Made by a program: the position numbers and the translations under genes
Notes under the pieces: model-generated
Seen by the model: only the letters and a program-made list of their open reading frames with translations
What the model was told of the DNA's origin: nothing
The model's database searches: none
Assembly: GCA_963835195.1 (NCBI GenBank)
Contig: CAWIEY010000016.1
Location: 172,198 to 236,197 of the forward strand
Length of the DNA: 64,000 bases
From: an uncultured Alphaproteobacteria bacterium
Lineage (GTDB): Bacteria; Pseudomonadota; Alphaproteobacteria; Rhizobiales; Xanthobacteraceae
Direction: 5' to 3'
Part shown: one piece after another, positions 29,754 to 39,836 of the stretch
Position numbering within the stretch: position 1 is the stretch's first letter
How the letters are laid out: each line of letters begins with the position of its first letter

Positions 29754-30026
29754 ATGAGGAAAGTCCTGACTGCTGTTGCTGCGGCCGCGATTATCGGTTT
29801 GACCGCTCTCGCAAGCTCAAGTCCAGCAGAGGCCTGGGGCCGCTGGGGTTGGGGCTGGGGTTGGGGTCCGGGGCCGTTCTGGGGCGGCGTCGCCGCCGGT
29901 GCAGTCGTCGGCGGAGCCATCGCCGCGTCGCCGTACTATTCTCGGCCTTATTATCCCTATGGCTATCCCGCATACGGATACTGTCGACCGGTCTGGAACG
30001 GTTATTACTGGGTCCGCGGCTGCTAG
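29754..30026 (+). CDS. Small secreted glycine-zipper, Trp/Tyr/Pro-rich protein
   Basis: Signal peptide MRKVLTAVAAAAIIGLTALASSSPAEA, then WGRWGWGWGWGPGPFWGGVAAGAVVGGAIAASPYYSRPYYPYGYPAYGYCRPVWNGYYWVRGC. An RBS GAGGTG lies upstream. Confidence 0.6.
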   Translation: MRKVLTAVAAAAIIGLTALASSSPAEAWGRWGWGWGWGPGPFWGGVAAGAVVGGAIAASPYYSRPYYPYGYPAYGYCRPVWNGYYWVRGC

Positions 30027-30243
30027 TAAGCACGGCGTCGGCGTCTGAAAGCGCCGCAAGACCAAGCTGATATGAAGCAACGCCTTCGCCGGTCGCGGGG
30101 GAAAGGCTACCTGCACCAAATTTCCGCCAAAGTGGTGTCCACTTAAATGCCGGCGGGGACGGCGAGGAATTCGGAAGTTCACGGGGGCTTCCGCGACATC
30201 CACATTCGAGATCGGTACCCGACCGGTCGCACGAGGAGACCAC

Positions 30244-30603
30244 ATGCATAAATCGCTCATCGCGCTCACTGGCGCTGCGAGCATCGGCCTTGCGTCACTG
30301 GCCGCACCGAGCCCTGCGAATGCGTGGTGCGTCGGCTGCGCGGTCGGCGCGGGACTGCTCGGTGGCGTTCTCGCGGGCGCGGTCGTTGGCAGCGCAATCG
30401 CCAACAGCCCGCCGCCTGGTTACTACTATCCGCCTCCACCGCCCGGTTATTATCCGCCGCCGCCCGGTGCCTATTATCCGCCGCCGCCGGCAGGACCGGC
30501 GCCAGCTTATGCGCAGGTTGCGCCTGGGTGCCATTGGGCCAAGCGCAAAGTTTGGGTCGAAGGCGCGGGTTATCAGTGGCGCACCGTACAAGTTTGCCAC
30601 TAG
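30244..30603 (+). CDS. Small secreted glycine-zipper, Pro/Tyr-rich protein (paralog of 29754-30026)
   Basis: Signal peptide MHKSLIALTGAASIGLASLAAPSPANA, then WCVGCAVGAGLLGGVLAGAVVGSAIANSPPPGYYYPPPPPGYYPPPPGAYYPPPP..CHWAKRKVWVEGAGYQWRTVQVCH. A strong terminator follows. Confidence 0.65.
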   Translation: MHKSLIALTGAASIGLASLAAPSPANAWCVGCAVGAGLLGGVLAGAVVGSAIANSPPPGYYYPPPPPGYYPPPPGAYYPPPPAGPAPAYAQVAPGCHWAKRKVWVEGAGYQWRTVQVCH

Positions 30604-30629
30604 AGTTTAGGGCTCATCTGATGAGTGAC

Positions 30630-30668
30630 ACCGGCCGGCTTTCCGCAAGCCGGCCGGTTTGCTTTTTT
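30630..30668 (+). terminator. Rho-independent terminator
   Basis: Perfect 12-bp stem ACCGGCCGGCTT / AAGCCGGCCGGT with loop TCCGC, followed by TTGCTTTTTT. It lies 27 bp after stop codon 30601-30603. Confidence 0.8.
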
Positions 30669-30746
30669 CGCTGATCGGTTGCGGCGTCGCCGCCGTTGCA
30701 TTGGCGTCGCGCCGTTGCAACAGTCCGATGCGATACGCCGACATAG

Positions 30747-31781
30747 ATGAATAGCGCGCGCCCGGACGGCCTGAACATGGATTCAATTCCAGCTGCGCAG
30801 GGGGCTGATGCGGTCACTGGCAAGGACCGCGTTTACCGCGTTGTGCGGTGGCTCGGCAACGAAATCCGCGAAGTGTTGCGGCGCGCCGATGCTTGGCATG
30901 GCGCGCTTACCGCGCGGCTGCCGCTGCCGGCTTTTTGCAAGTCGCGGAGCATGATGGCGGTGGCCGGCGGTCTGGTTGTTCTCCTGGTCCTCTATATCGG
31001 GTTCGCGGCGATGCTCTACTTCGCGCAGCGCTCGATGATGTATTTCCCGGAGACGATCCACACTTCGCCGGCCCAGGCCGGTCTGCCCGAGGCCGAGGAG
31101 ATCGCGCTGACCGCCGCGGACGGCGTGCACATCGTCGGCTGGCATGTGCCGCCGCGCGACGGCAAGCCGGTTATTCTTTATTTCCACGGCAATGGCGGTG
31201 CGCTGCGCTATCGCGTCCAGCGGTTTCACGAGCTTGTCAAGGACGGTATCGGTCTCGTCGCGATCGAGTACCGCGGCTATGGCGGCTCTGCAGGAAGCCC
31301 GAGCGAAGCGGGCCTCTTCGCCGACGCGGACGCCGCTTATGCCTTTGCGGCGGCCCGCTATCGGCCCGAGCAAATGGTGCTCTGGGGTGAATCGCTCGGC
31401 TCCGCCGTCGCCGTATATTTGGCGGCGGAAAAACCGGTCGGCCGTGTCATCCTCGAAGCCCCGTTCACATCCGCGGCCGCGGTTGCGGCGCTGCGCTATT
31501 GGTTCATGCCGGTGCGGCTGTTGATGAAGGATCAATTCCGTTCCGACGAACGCATTCAAAAGGTCACCGCGCCGGTTCTTATCCTGCACGGGCTCAAGGA
31601 CCATGTCGTTCCCTACGCCATGGGCGAGCAGATGTTCGATCTCACCAAAGCGAAAAAGCACATCGTGCGTTTTCTCGACGGCGGCCACGAGGATTTGGAC
31701 CGCTACGGCGCATTGCACGCCGTCGGACGGTTCCTGGCCGGAGATTTGGATAAGCCGCCCGCTCCGCCGACAATGAATTGA
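30747..31781 (+). CDS. Alpha/beta hydrolase with N-terminal membrane anchor
   Basis: MMAVAGGLVVLLVLYIGFAAMLYFAQRSMMYFPE, YFHGNGG, nucleophile elbow WGESLGSAVA, and HGLKDHVVP..GGHEDL. The true start may be the internal ATG near 30951. Confidence 0.7.
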   Translation: MNSARPDGLNMDSIPAAQGADAVTGKDRVYRVVRWLGNEIREVLRRADAWHGALTARLPLPAFCKSRSMMAVAGGLVVLLVLYIGFAAMLYFAQRSMMYFPETIHTSPAQAGLPEAEEIALTAADGVHIVGWHVPPRDGKPVILYFHGNGGALRYRVQRFHELVKDGIGLVAIEYRGYGGSAGSPSEAGLFADADAAYAFAAARYRPEQMVLWGESLGSAVAVYLAAEKPVGRVILEAPFTSAAAVAALRYWFMPVRLLMKDQFRSDERIQKVTAPVLILHGLKDHVVPYAMGEQMFDLTKAKKHIVRFLDGGHEDLDRYGALHAVGRFLAGDLDKPPAPPTMN

Positions 31782-32147
31782 CTATTGCGCGACGGTCATG
31801 AGCTCGAGCACATGGCCGTCGATGTCCTCGAAATAAAACCCGCGGCCGCCGTTCCAGTGGTTGAGCTTGCCGTCGCGCAGGCTCCACGGCGCGCTGCCGA
31901 TGGCGATGTTCTGTTTCTTCACGCGGGCGAGAATGGCGTCGAATTCACGGTTGCTGACGTGAAACGCCAAGTGATGGCTTTCGAACTTGTCCTCGTCGTC
32001 GAACAACAGCGTCAGCGATTTGTTGACCTGCACCGGGGCGAAATGTCCGGTACGGCCGCATTTGAGACCGAAAAGAGCGGCGAAGAACTTGGCCGACGCC
32101 GCTTTGTCATGCGCCGGGACGATGGTGTGATTGAGTGTGATCGTCAT
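31782..32147 (-). CDS. VOC (glyoxalase/bleomycin-resistance/dioxygenase) family protein
   Basis: MTITLNHTIVPAHDKAASAKFFAALFG..HHLAFHVS..GRGFYFEDIDGHVLELMT. An RBS AGGAGA precedes ATG 32147. Confidence 0.7.
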   Translation of the reverse strand: MTITLNHTIVPAHDKAASAKFFAALFGLKCGRTGHFAPVQVNKSLTLLFDDEDKFESHHLAFHVSNREFDAILARVKKQNIAIGSAPWSLRDGKLNHWNGGRGFYFEDIDGHVLELMTVAQ

Positions 32148-32159
32148 GGTCTTCTCCTG

Positions 32160-32340
32160 TCTCCCTACTTCCCCCCCCCCGCGCAAACGGCGGGGAGGGG
32201 TCAGGGGTGGGGGGTGAGCTATCCGAGAGCATCAGCGAACTCATCGCGCATTCGCTTAGCCCCCCACCCCGCTCGCTATGCTCGCGACCCTCCCCACCAC
32301 TCGCTTCGCTCGCGGGGGGAGGGAAAATTCGGTTCGCGCC
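32160..32340. repeat. G/C-tract palindromic intergenic element (GGGAGGG type), with a C10 run and a canonical G-quadruplex motif
   Basis: C10 at 32171-32180. GGGGAGGGGTCAGGGGTGGGGGG at 32192-32214. The inverted C-rich partner is AGCCCCCCACCCC..ACCCTCCCC..GGGGGGAGGG at ~32258-32330. Confidence 0.75.
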
Positions 32341-32351
32341 GCCCTAGGCGT

Positions 32352-33233
32352 TCAGAACGTCTGATAAGACTGACCGGCCTTGCCGCCGACGCGCGCGAAA
32401 CCGGAACGCGCCGGTTCGTATTTGTCATTGATGTTGAGCGCTTTCGCGTAAGAGCCGGCGGCCTTCTCCTTTTGCCCGAGGCGCTCATAAGCTAATCCGC
32501 GGCTCGCCCACGCCCGCACGTTGGTCGGTGCGATCTGCACGGCTTCGTCCAGATCGCCCGCCGCCGACTTTGCGTCGCCGACGGCAAGATAGCTCAGCGC
32601 ACGGGCCACATAGGGATCGGCCTGCTGCGGGGTAAGCGTCAGCGTGGTCGAGAAATCATCAATGGCGAACTGATGCTGATGCTGGTTTTGGTACAGCAGA
32701 CCGCGATCGTAATAGCTCTGCGCGTTGTCCGGCTTGAGCGTGATCGCCTTGTTGAAGTCGGCGAGCGCTTGGGCGCCGCGGCCCTGCTGGCGATAGATGA
32801 TGCCGCGGCCAAGATAAGCCGGCACATAGGCAGCGTTGATCGACAACGCTTTGTTGTAATCCGCAAGCGCGAGTTCGAGCTTGCCGCTCTGCCGATAAAG
32901 CAACGCGCGGTTCGCATAAGCCTGGGCGTAATTCGGATCGAGGCCGATGGCTTTGTCGAAGTCGGCGAGCGCCGCGTCAGGCTGACCGCCGGCGGCCAGC
33001 ACTGTACCGCGCATGTTGTAGGCTTGCGGATCTTCCGGATGCTTTTGAATGACCTCGCCCAGCGATGCGAGGTTCGACTGCGAGGTGGCGCTAAGCGCCT
33101 CGTCCTTCTCGGCGGAGTCCACGTGGCCGCAAGCGGCGAGCGCAAATGCTCCGAAGACCGCGATGAGCGCCGCAGAACACCGCTTCGGGCCCGACGACTG
33201 CCGCCTCGACGTTACGACGCTTGCTACCGTCAT
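32352..33233 (-). CDS. TPR-repeat lipoprotein
   Basis: Lipobox FGAFALAAC, followed by about seven TPR units (PNYAQAYANRALLYRQSGKLELALADYNKAL and similar). Confidence 0.8.
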   Translation of the reverse strand: MTVASVVTSRRQSSGPKRCSAALIAVFGAFALAACGHVDSAEKDEALSATSQSNLASLGEVIQKHPEDPQAYNMRGTVLAAGGQPDAALADFDKAIGLDPNYAQAYANRALLYRQSGKLELALADYNKALSINAAYVPAYLGRGIIYRQQGRGAQALADFNKAITLKPDNAQSYYDRGLLYQNQHQHQFAIDDFSTTLTLTPQQADPYVARALSYLAVGDAKSAAGDLDEAVQIAPTNVRAWASRGLAYERLGQKEKAAGSYAKALNINDKYEPARSGFARVGGKAGQSYQTF

Positions 33234-33315
33234 TCGACGCTCGCAGCAAAAGAGCGCCCCCCGATTACCCAACGGTAGATCACGGACGCGTTCGGCGATA
33301 GTCCGGCTCTCGGGT

Positions 33316-33350
33316 TACAAAATACCAGCGGCGCGGGCGGTGACCGCGCC
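33316..33350 (-). terminator. Probable rho-independent terminator of rpsU
   Basis: On the minus strand: GGCGCGG-TCACCGC-CCGCGCC, followed by GCTGGTATTTTGT. It lies ~25 bp after the rpsU stop. Confidence 0.5.
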
Positions 33351-33372
33351 AACGGCTCAAATCCTCGGCAAT

Positions 33373-33651
33373 TTAGCCAAAACGTGGCGCGCGCGGGGGG
33401 CCCGATCGGGCGCCGCCGGCCCCGGGCGCGGGTTTCGGCTTCATCGGCAACAGACCCTCGCGCTGCAGCTTCTTGCGCGCAAGCTTACGGGCCCGGCGGA
33501 TCGCTTCCGCCTTCTCCCGAGCCTTTCTTTCTGAGGGTTTTTCGTAGTGGCCGCGGAGCTTCATCTCGCGGAAAATGCCCTCGCGCTGCATCTTCTTTTT
33601 CAGCGCCTTGAGGGCCTGGTCGACGTTATTGTCACGGACGAGAACCTGCAC
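33373..33651 (-). CDS. rpsU: 30S ribosomal protein S21
   Basis: [61 protein letters not shown]. Confidence 0.95.
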   Translation of the reverse strand: MQVLVRDNNVDQALKALKKKMQREGIFREMKLRGHYEKPSERKAREKAEAIRRARKLARKKLQREGLLPMKPKPAPGAGGARSGPPRAPRFG

Positions 33652-33893
33652 GCATCCTCCTTATCAAGTGCGCTCGGTACGGTGCGCTCGGGGAATGAAA
33701 TAACGGCGCGGCCTTGAGGCCCGCGCCACATTGCCGCGTTGTTTATCAGAAGGGTGGGCCAAAGTCCACACGCCCGCAGACAGACGAGATTTCGTGCGGC
33801 CGAAAGGCACCCGCCATAGCGGTCAAACATCCGGGGCGCTGTCGCCGGCGATGACCTCGTATTCGGTACCGGCCGCCGGATTTGCCACCTCGC

Positions 33894-34976
33894 CTACTCG
33901 GCAAAGACGCGTGTGACATGCCCCATCTTGCGGCCGGGCCTGATGGCGGACTTGCCGTAAAGATGTACGGCTGCACCCGGAATTTGCAGCCAGGCGCGGA
34001 AATCCTCGACCTCTTTGCCGATGAGATTGATCATTTCCACCCGGCCGTGGCGCGCGGGTTTGCCGAGCGGCCAACCGGCCACCGCGCGGATATGCTGTTC
34101 GAACTGCGAGATGGATGCCCCGTCGAGCGTCCAATGCCCGGAATTGTGCACCCGGGGCGCGATCTCATTGACCAGCACGCCGCCGTCGCCAAGCACGAAC
34201 ATTTCCACCGCAAAGACGCCAACATAATCGAACGCGTGAGCAATCTTTTCGGCAATGTCGCGCGCCGCCCGCGCTGCCTGCGCCGAGACTCGCGCCGGAA
34301 CGCGCGAAATCTTCAAGATATGATTTTGATGTTCGTTCTCGGTGACGTCGAAACATTCGACCACGCCGTCGCCTGTGCGCGCGGCAACGACCGAGATTTC
34401 GCAGGCAAACGGCACGAACGCTTCGAGGATGCAGGAGACGCCGCCGAGGGTCCGCCAAGCCGCTTCCGCCGATCCGGCATCATGAATCGTCGCCTGGCCT
34501 TTGCCGTCGTAGCCGAAACGACGGGTCTTCAATACCGCCGGCTCTCCGATGCCCTTGCGCGCCGCCTCCAATTCACCGGCGCTGGCAACCGCGGCAAAGG
34601 CCGCGGTGGCGATGCCGAGGCCGCAGACGAAGTTCTTTTCCGCCAGCCGGTCCTGCGTTATGGCCAAAATCTTTGGGTCGGGACGGGCCGGAACGCGGGC
34701 GGCAAGAAATGCCGCCGTCTCCGCCGGTACGTTCTCGAACTCATAAGTCACGACATCGACGTCGGCGGCGAAACGGTCGAGCGCTTGCGTGTCGGCGTAA
34801 TCGGCGCAGGTGACGCGATGGACGACATCGAAAGCGGGCGATTCCGGATTGGGCGCGAAGACGTGGCATTTAAAGCCCAGGCGCGCCGCGGCTTGCGCCA
34901 GCATGCGGCCAAGTTGGCCGCCCCCCAGAATACCGATCGTCGCTCCGGGATCGAGCACCGGCGACGCGTTACTCAC
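33894..34976 (-). CDS. purK: 5-(carboxyamino)imidazole ribonucleotide synthase
   Basis: [41 protein letters not shown]. The GTG start at 34976 overlaps the purE stop (GTGAGTAA), which fits translational coupling. Confidence 0.9.
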   Translation of the reverse strand: MSNASPVLDPGATIGILGGGQLGRMLAQAAARLGFKCHVFAPNPESPAFDVVHRVTCADYADTQALDRFAADVDVVTYEFENVPAETAAFLAARVPARPDPKILAITQDRLAEKNFVCGLGIATAAFAAVASAGELEAARKGIGEPAVLKTRRFGYDGKGQATIHDAGSAEAAWRTLGGVSCILEAFVPFACEISVVAARTGDGVVECFDVTENEHQNHILKISRVPARVSAQAARAARDIAEKIAHAFDYVGVFAVEMFVLGDGGVLVNEIAPRVHNSGHWTLDGASISQFEQHIRAVAGWPLGKPARHGRVEMINLIGKEVEDFRAWLQIPGAAVHLYGKSAIRPGRKMGHVTRVFAE

Positions 34977-35499
34977 GCGCCGGATCCTTCGGCCGTTCGG
35001 CAACGCCCGCGGTTTGGCGCTCGCGCCAAGCCTCAAGGCGCCGGCGCAGGTCCGGATCGCTCAATGCCAAGACACTGGCCGCCAGCAGCGCGGCATTGAT
35101 CGCGCCCGCCTGGCCAATGGCCAGCGTGCCGACCGGGACGCCCGGCGGCATTTGCACGATGGAATAAAGCGAGTCCTGGCCCGACAGCGCCTTCGATTCG
35201 ATCGGAACGCCGAACACCGGCAGGCTGGTCAACGCCGCCGTCATTCCCGGCAAGTGCGCCGCGCCGCCGGCGCCGGCAATGAGCACCTTGAAGCCGGCGC
35301 TTCGTGCCCCCTTGGCGAAAGCATAGAGACGCTCCGGCGTGCGATGGGCGGAAACGATGCGTGTCTCGTAGCCGACCGCGAGCGCATCGAGCGTCTCGGC
35401 GGCATGCTTCATGGTCTGCCAGTCGGACTGGCTGCCCATGATAATGGCCACGGATTTTGCTTCCGGCGCCAAAGCTTGCTCCTGCGCGGGGGGAAGCAT
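34969..35499 (-). CDS. purE: 5-(carboxyamino)imidazole ribonucleotide mutase
   Basis: [54 protein letters not shown]. Confidence 0.95.
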   Translation of the reverse strand: MLPPAQEQALAPEAKSVAIIMGSQSDWQTMKHAAETLDALAVGYETRIVSAHRTPERLYAFAKGARSAGFKVLIAGAGGAAHLPGMTAALTSLPVFGVPIESKALSGQDSLYSIVQMPPGVPVGTLAIGQAGAINAALLAASVLALSDPDLRRRLEAWRERQTAGVAERPKDPARE

Positions 35500-35589
35500 C
35501 CGATTATAGGTGCGGTCGCCCGGGTGGCAAGGCGCTCCGGTGCCGGCGAGATTTCATTCCGAAATTAAGGTGACTCGTCCTACTCGCCC

Positions 35590-35829
35590 TCAAGCGGCAG
35601 TTTCTGTGCGTCCGATGGTCGCCAAGGCTGCGGCGCAGAGCCGTGTCGGACTGCGTTCGCCCCGCAACGCCAGCGCAATAATCCGCCGGGCGGCGATTTC
35701 ACGGAGTGCACCCGGCTGCCTGCGCTCGGCGATGCCTTCGACGGCCGTTTCATAGGCGGCAATCAGGATGGACGTCATCTCAAAATCAAACGTTGTTTGA
35801 GGACGAAGGAAAGGGACAACCTGACCCAT
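35590..35829 (-). CDS. Hypothetical small protein
   Basis: 79-aa ORF with coding-like composition (MTSILIAAYETAVEGIAERRQPGALREIAARRIIALALRGERSP). I recognise no family. Confidence 0.4.
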   Translation of the reverse strand: MGQVVPFLRPQTTFDFEMTSILIAAYETAVEGIAERRQPGALREIAARRIIALALRGERSPTRLCAAALATIGRTETAA

Positions 35830-35973
35830 ACATCACCCCGCTAACAACCACCGTCGCGCACTGGCGGAGCCCACAAAATCCGTTTCGGCCAAGCGTCTCA
35901 CAAGTACCAACTTGAAAATGCGCGCGTGGTTCCATTTCACGCGCCGGCGCCGAGATTTTTTTCAGCGTCTTGA

Positions 35974-38321
35974 TCAGGCTAACCGCTTTGCGCGCTGGCA
36001 CGCCAACCACAACCGTGCCGCCGTCACCGGCATGTCGAGTTTGGCGCCGGCCCCGCCCGGTATGGCGTCAGCTACGGCATTCATCACCGCGGCAATGGAA
36101 GCGGTGGTGCCGGCCTCGCCGACACCTTTGACGCCAAGCACATTGGAGGTCGCCGGAACGCAGAGAAGCTCATCGCGAAGCGAAAGCGGCATGTCGTCGG
36201 CGCGCGGCATGGCATAGTCCTGGAACGACCCGGTCACCAGCTGCCCGTTGGCTTCGTCGTAAAACACCTGCTCCATCAGCGCCTGTCCGAGACCTTGTGC
36301 CAGCGCGCCGTGCAATTGCCCCTCGACGATCCTCTCGTCGAGCACGACGCCGCAATCGTCAACCGCCGTGTAACTGACGATCTGCATCTGTCCGCTGTCG
36401 GGATCGATCTCGACTTCGGCGATGTGGACGGCGTTGGGAAAAGTCAGCGGCGTCTCGGTCGTAACCTTGCTATCCAAATCTTCTTCCAGCACGCCGCGGC
36501 GTTTGAGGTCGGCGGCACGCGCGGCGACTTCAAACAACGACAGCCTACGGTCGGTGCCGACGACCGCGAAATTGCCGGCGCTGTAATCGATATCGGCCTC
36601 CGACGTTTCGAGCGCGATGGCCGCCACGCGCTTGCCTTTTTCCACGATGGCGGCGATGCCTTTGACGATCGAGGCGCCTGCGGTCATGGCCGAACGCGAG
36701 CCGACCGAGGCATAACCGGCAATTTCCAGCGCCGAATCGCCGTGCCTGTGAGTGACCTTCTCGCGCGCAATCCCGAGCCGCGCGGCAACAAACGGCAGAA
36801 ACACGGTGGCATGCCCCTGGCCGGTGGACTGAACATTAAGGCTGACGGTCAGGGTGCCGTCGCCGGGAAAGCTCAACAGCGCTCCCTCGGTCGGCGTGCC
36901 ACCGGCATGCTCGAGCATGCAAGAAATCCCGATGCCGCGATAGCGCCCGCGCGCTTTGGCGGCGCGGCGGCGGCCTTTGAACCCCTGGTAATCGGCTAAT
37001 TGCAACGCACGTTCGAGCATCGGCGCAAAATCGCCGCTGTCAAAGGTGGTGCCGACGGCGGTCTTGTACGGCATCGCGCTCGGGGGAATGAAGTTGCGCC
37101 GGCGCAATTCGGCCGGATCGATTCCGGTGACGCGCGCGGCTTCTTCGACCACCCGTTCGAGCACGTAGTTCGCCTCAGGCCTGCCGGCACCGCGATAAGG
37201 CGCAGTCGGCAGTGTATTGGTGAACGCGCAGCGCACGCCGATGTCGATATGACGGATGTCGTACATGCCGGGAAGGCAGCGCGCGAAACTCAAAGATGGG
37301 ATGGCCGCGCCCACCGAGCCGAGATAGGCGCCGAGATTGGCAGACGTTGCGAATGCGCAACGCCAGAAAGCGCCCCTTGCCGTCCAGCGCGAGCTCGGCT
37401 TCTGAATAATTATCGCGCGCCTGGTTGTCGCTGAGGAAAGCTTCGGAGCGGCCGGACATCCAGTGGATCGGCCGGCCGAATTTTTTGGCGCCGATCAGCA
37501 ACGCGATGTATTCGGGGTAGCCGCCGGTTTTCAGCCCGAAGGCGCCGCCGACATCATCGGTCAAAACCCGCAGCCGTTCCTTCGCCACCTTCATGACGGC
37601 GGCAAGGTCGTCGCGCAGGATGCGCGCGCCCTGCGAGCACACGCGCAAAACATATGAATCATCGGTCGCTCACATATTGTGCGGTGGCGCCGCGCGGCTC
37701 CATGGAGGCGATCGCCATGCGCTGATTCATCACCGCGATGCGGGCGACGAATTTGGCGCCGGCGAATATGGAGTCGATCTCGCGCGCATTGGCCTCCGGA
37801 TCGGGCGCAAGTCCGGGCCAGTCGATCGCCAAATTTCCCGGGGCTTGCGGCCACACCAGCGGAGCGCCGGCGGCAAGCGCGGCGCGCGCATCCATCACCG
37901 GCGTGAGCGGCTCATAGTCGACGGCGACGAGTTCGGCGGCGTCTTGCGCGGCGAACGCGCTATCGGCCACGACCATGGCCACGGCCTCGCCGACATGGGT
38001 CACCCGCTCGGCTGCGAGCACCGGCCGGTGCGGCGTGATCAGAGGCTTGCCGCCGCGGCCGGCGAGCGGCGGGTGGCGGCCGACGCTTCCCACATCGCCT
38101 AAATCCTTGCCGGTGAGAATGCCGACAATTCCCGGACTTTGCGCCGCCGCTTGCGTATCGATGGCGGCGATGCGGGCAAAGGCGTGCGGCGAGCGCAAGA
38201 AACAGGCGTAGGCCTGGCCCGGCAGGGAGACGTCGGCCACGAAGCGGCCTTGCCCACGAACGAGCACATCATCTTCCAGGCGCGGCTGGCGAGCCGCGTG
38301 ACCATCGGTTTTTGCATCCAT
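35974..38321 (-). pseudogene. Xanthine dehydrogenase/CoxL-family molybdopterin-binding large subunit; two frameshifts (~37660, ~37345)
   Basis: RLEDDVLVRGQGRFVADV..GEAVAMVVADS is in ORF 37659-38321. DDVGGAFGLKTGGYPEY is in ORF 37175-37648. TNTLPTAPYRGAGRPEANYVLERVVEE..QSTGQGHATV..GVKGVGEAGT is in ORF 35974-37314. Confidence 0.85.
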
Positions 38322-38485
38322 GATTTGTTCCAGAGCGCTCTACTTTGCGGCGGGCGCGTCCTTTATATCCGAAATTGCCGGGGGCTGAAGGAACTCCGCC
38401 CGCGGGGTTTTCCAGGCTGTCTTTTCTCGGCAACACGTCGATCGCCGAACAGGCGGCAGCACAAAAAGATTCCGGAACCTTGCTG

Positions 38486-39823
38486 ATGCTTCGGCCGGGC
38501 ACGTTCGCATTGACTTTGCTGTTGGCGGCGCTGACCGCGCTCGGGCCGCTGTCCATCGACATGTATCTGCCGTCCCTGCCCGACATCGGCAGCGCGCTCG
38601 CGGCACCGACCGCGCGCGTACAATTGACGATCTCGAGCTACCTGATCGGCTTTGCCGCCGGACAGATTATTTACGGCCCGCTGTCCGACCGCTATGGGCG
38701 CCGGCCCGTACTGTTTGCGGCACTCGCCGTATACGTCGTCGGCGTCGGTATCTGCGCCGGTGCGCAATCGATCGATCCGCTGATTGTGGCGCGCCTGTTG
38801 CAAGGCGTCGGCGGGTCCGGATCGATCGTGCTCGCGCGCGCCATTGTGCGCGATCTTTATTCGGGCGTGCGGGCGGCGCGCGAATTGTCGCTGATGGGCT
38901 CGATCAGCGCCTTTGCGCCGATCGTGGCGCCGATGATCGGCGGCATCCTGCAGACGGAATTCGGATGGCGCGCAAGCTTCATCCTCATGGGCGTCGCCGC
39001 GATCATCGTCTTCGCCGCGGCGAGCCGCTTGCTGCCGGAAACGCTGCGCCAGCGCAGCAGTGAAACATTTTCGCTGGCATGGTTAGGCAAAGGTTATCTC
39101 GCGCTGCTGCGGCATCGCAGCTTTCTCGCCTATCTCGCCATTTTGACCATCAGCTACGCCGGATTGTTCGCTTGGATTTCCGGCGCTGCCGTGGTGCTCG
39201 AGGGACTCTACGGCATGTCGGCGGTGACGTTCGGCTTTACCTTCGCGCTTGGCGCGGCCGGCTATATGCTCGGAGCCGCAAGCGCAGCGCGGCTAGTGCA
39301 GCGGCTGGGACTTGATCGCATGATGGGGCTCGGCGTCACGCTCTTGGCCGCCGGCAGTTTCGCGCTCGCGGCCTTTGTGGCGGCGCGAATCCCCAATGGA
39401 ATCTGGCTTATTGTCGCGATGGCGGTTTACCTCGCCGGTCTCGGCCTTGCCATGCCGCAGGCCATGGCCGGCGCGCTTACGCCATTTCCCGATCGTGCCG
39501 GCATGGCAGCTTCGCTACTCGGCCTGTTTCAGCAAACCGTAGCTGCCACAGTCGCCGCCGTGGTCGGCGCGTATCTGGGACGATCGGCGTGGCCGGTTAC
39601 CGGCGTTGTCTTGGCCGCGGGCTGGCTTACGCTCCTGGTCTGGGCATTCACGCGCCGGCTGCGCGCGCATGAGTTCGCTGGGCAATGCTTAGGCAGGTAT
39701 TGCCGCAATTGCGGCGTTGCCTGCGGCGGCACGTTTGTTAGGATGACGGAGGGGCAACTATATGCTGGGCGATGGCCGCGCGTCCGCGTTTGTGTGTTTC
39801 GCGCGGCTTTAGCCAGGCCTTAA
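38486..39823 (+). CDS. MFS transporter, Bcr/CflA drug-resistance subfamily
   Basis: ALTLLLAALTALGPLSIDMYLPSLPDIG, GPLSDRYGRRPVL, RLLQGVGGSGSIVLARAIVRDLY. ATG at 38486 lies inside ORF 38345-39823. The last ~40 codons look non-homologous. Confidence 0.8.
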   Translation: MLRPGTFALTLLLAALTALGPLSIDMYLPSLPDIGSALAAPTARVQLTISSYLIGFAAGQIIYGPLSDRYGRRPVLFAALAVYVVGVGICAGAQSIDPLIVARLLQGVGGSGSIVLARAIVRDLYSGVRAARELSLMGSISAFAPIVAPMIGGILQTEFGWRASFILMGVAAIIVFAAASRLLPETLRQRSSETFSLAWLGKGYLALLRHRSFLAYLAILTISYAGLFAWISGAAVVLEGLYGMSAVTFGFTFALGAAGYMLGAASAARLVQRLGLDRMMGLGVTLLAAGSFALAAFVAARIPNGIWLIVAMAVYLAGLGLAMPQAMAGALTPFPDRAGMAASLLGLFQQTVAATVAAVVGAYLGRSAWPVTGVVLAAGWLTLLVWAFTRRLRAHEFAGQCLGRYCRNCGVACGGTFVRMTEGQLYAGRWPRVRVCVFRAALARP

Positions 39824-39836
39824 AGAGCAGCAGATC

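Noticed and set aside
39660-39836. Cys-rich tail of the MFS ORF (CLGRYCRNCGVACGG) as a hidden IorA-type 2Fe-2S subunit upstream of the IorB-type gene
   Set aside because: Only ~180 bp are available, far too short for a ~150-aa ferredoxin-like subunit. The Cys spacing does not match the plant-type or second 2Fe-2S motifs.
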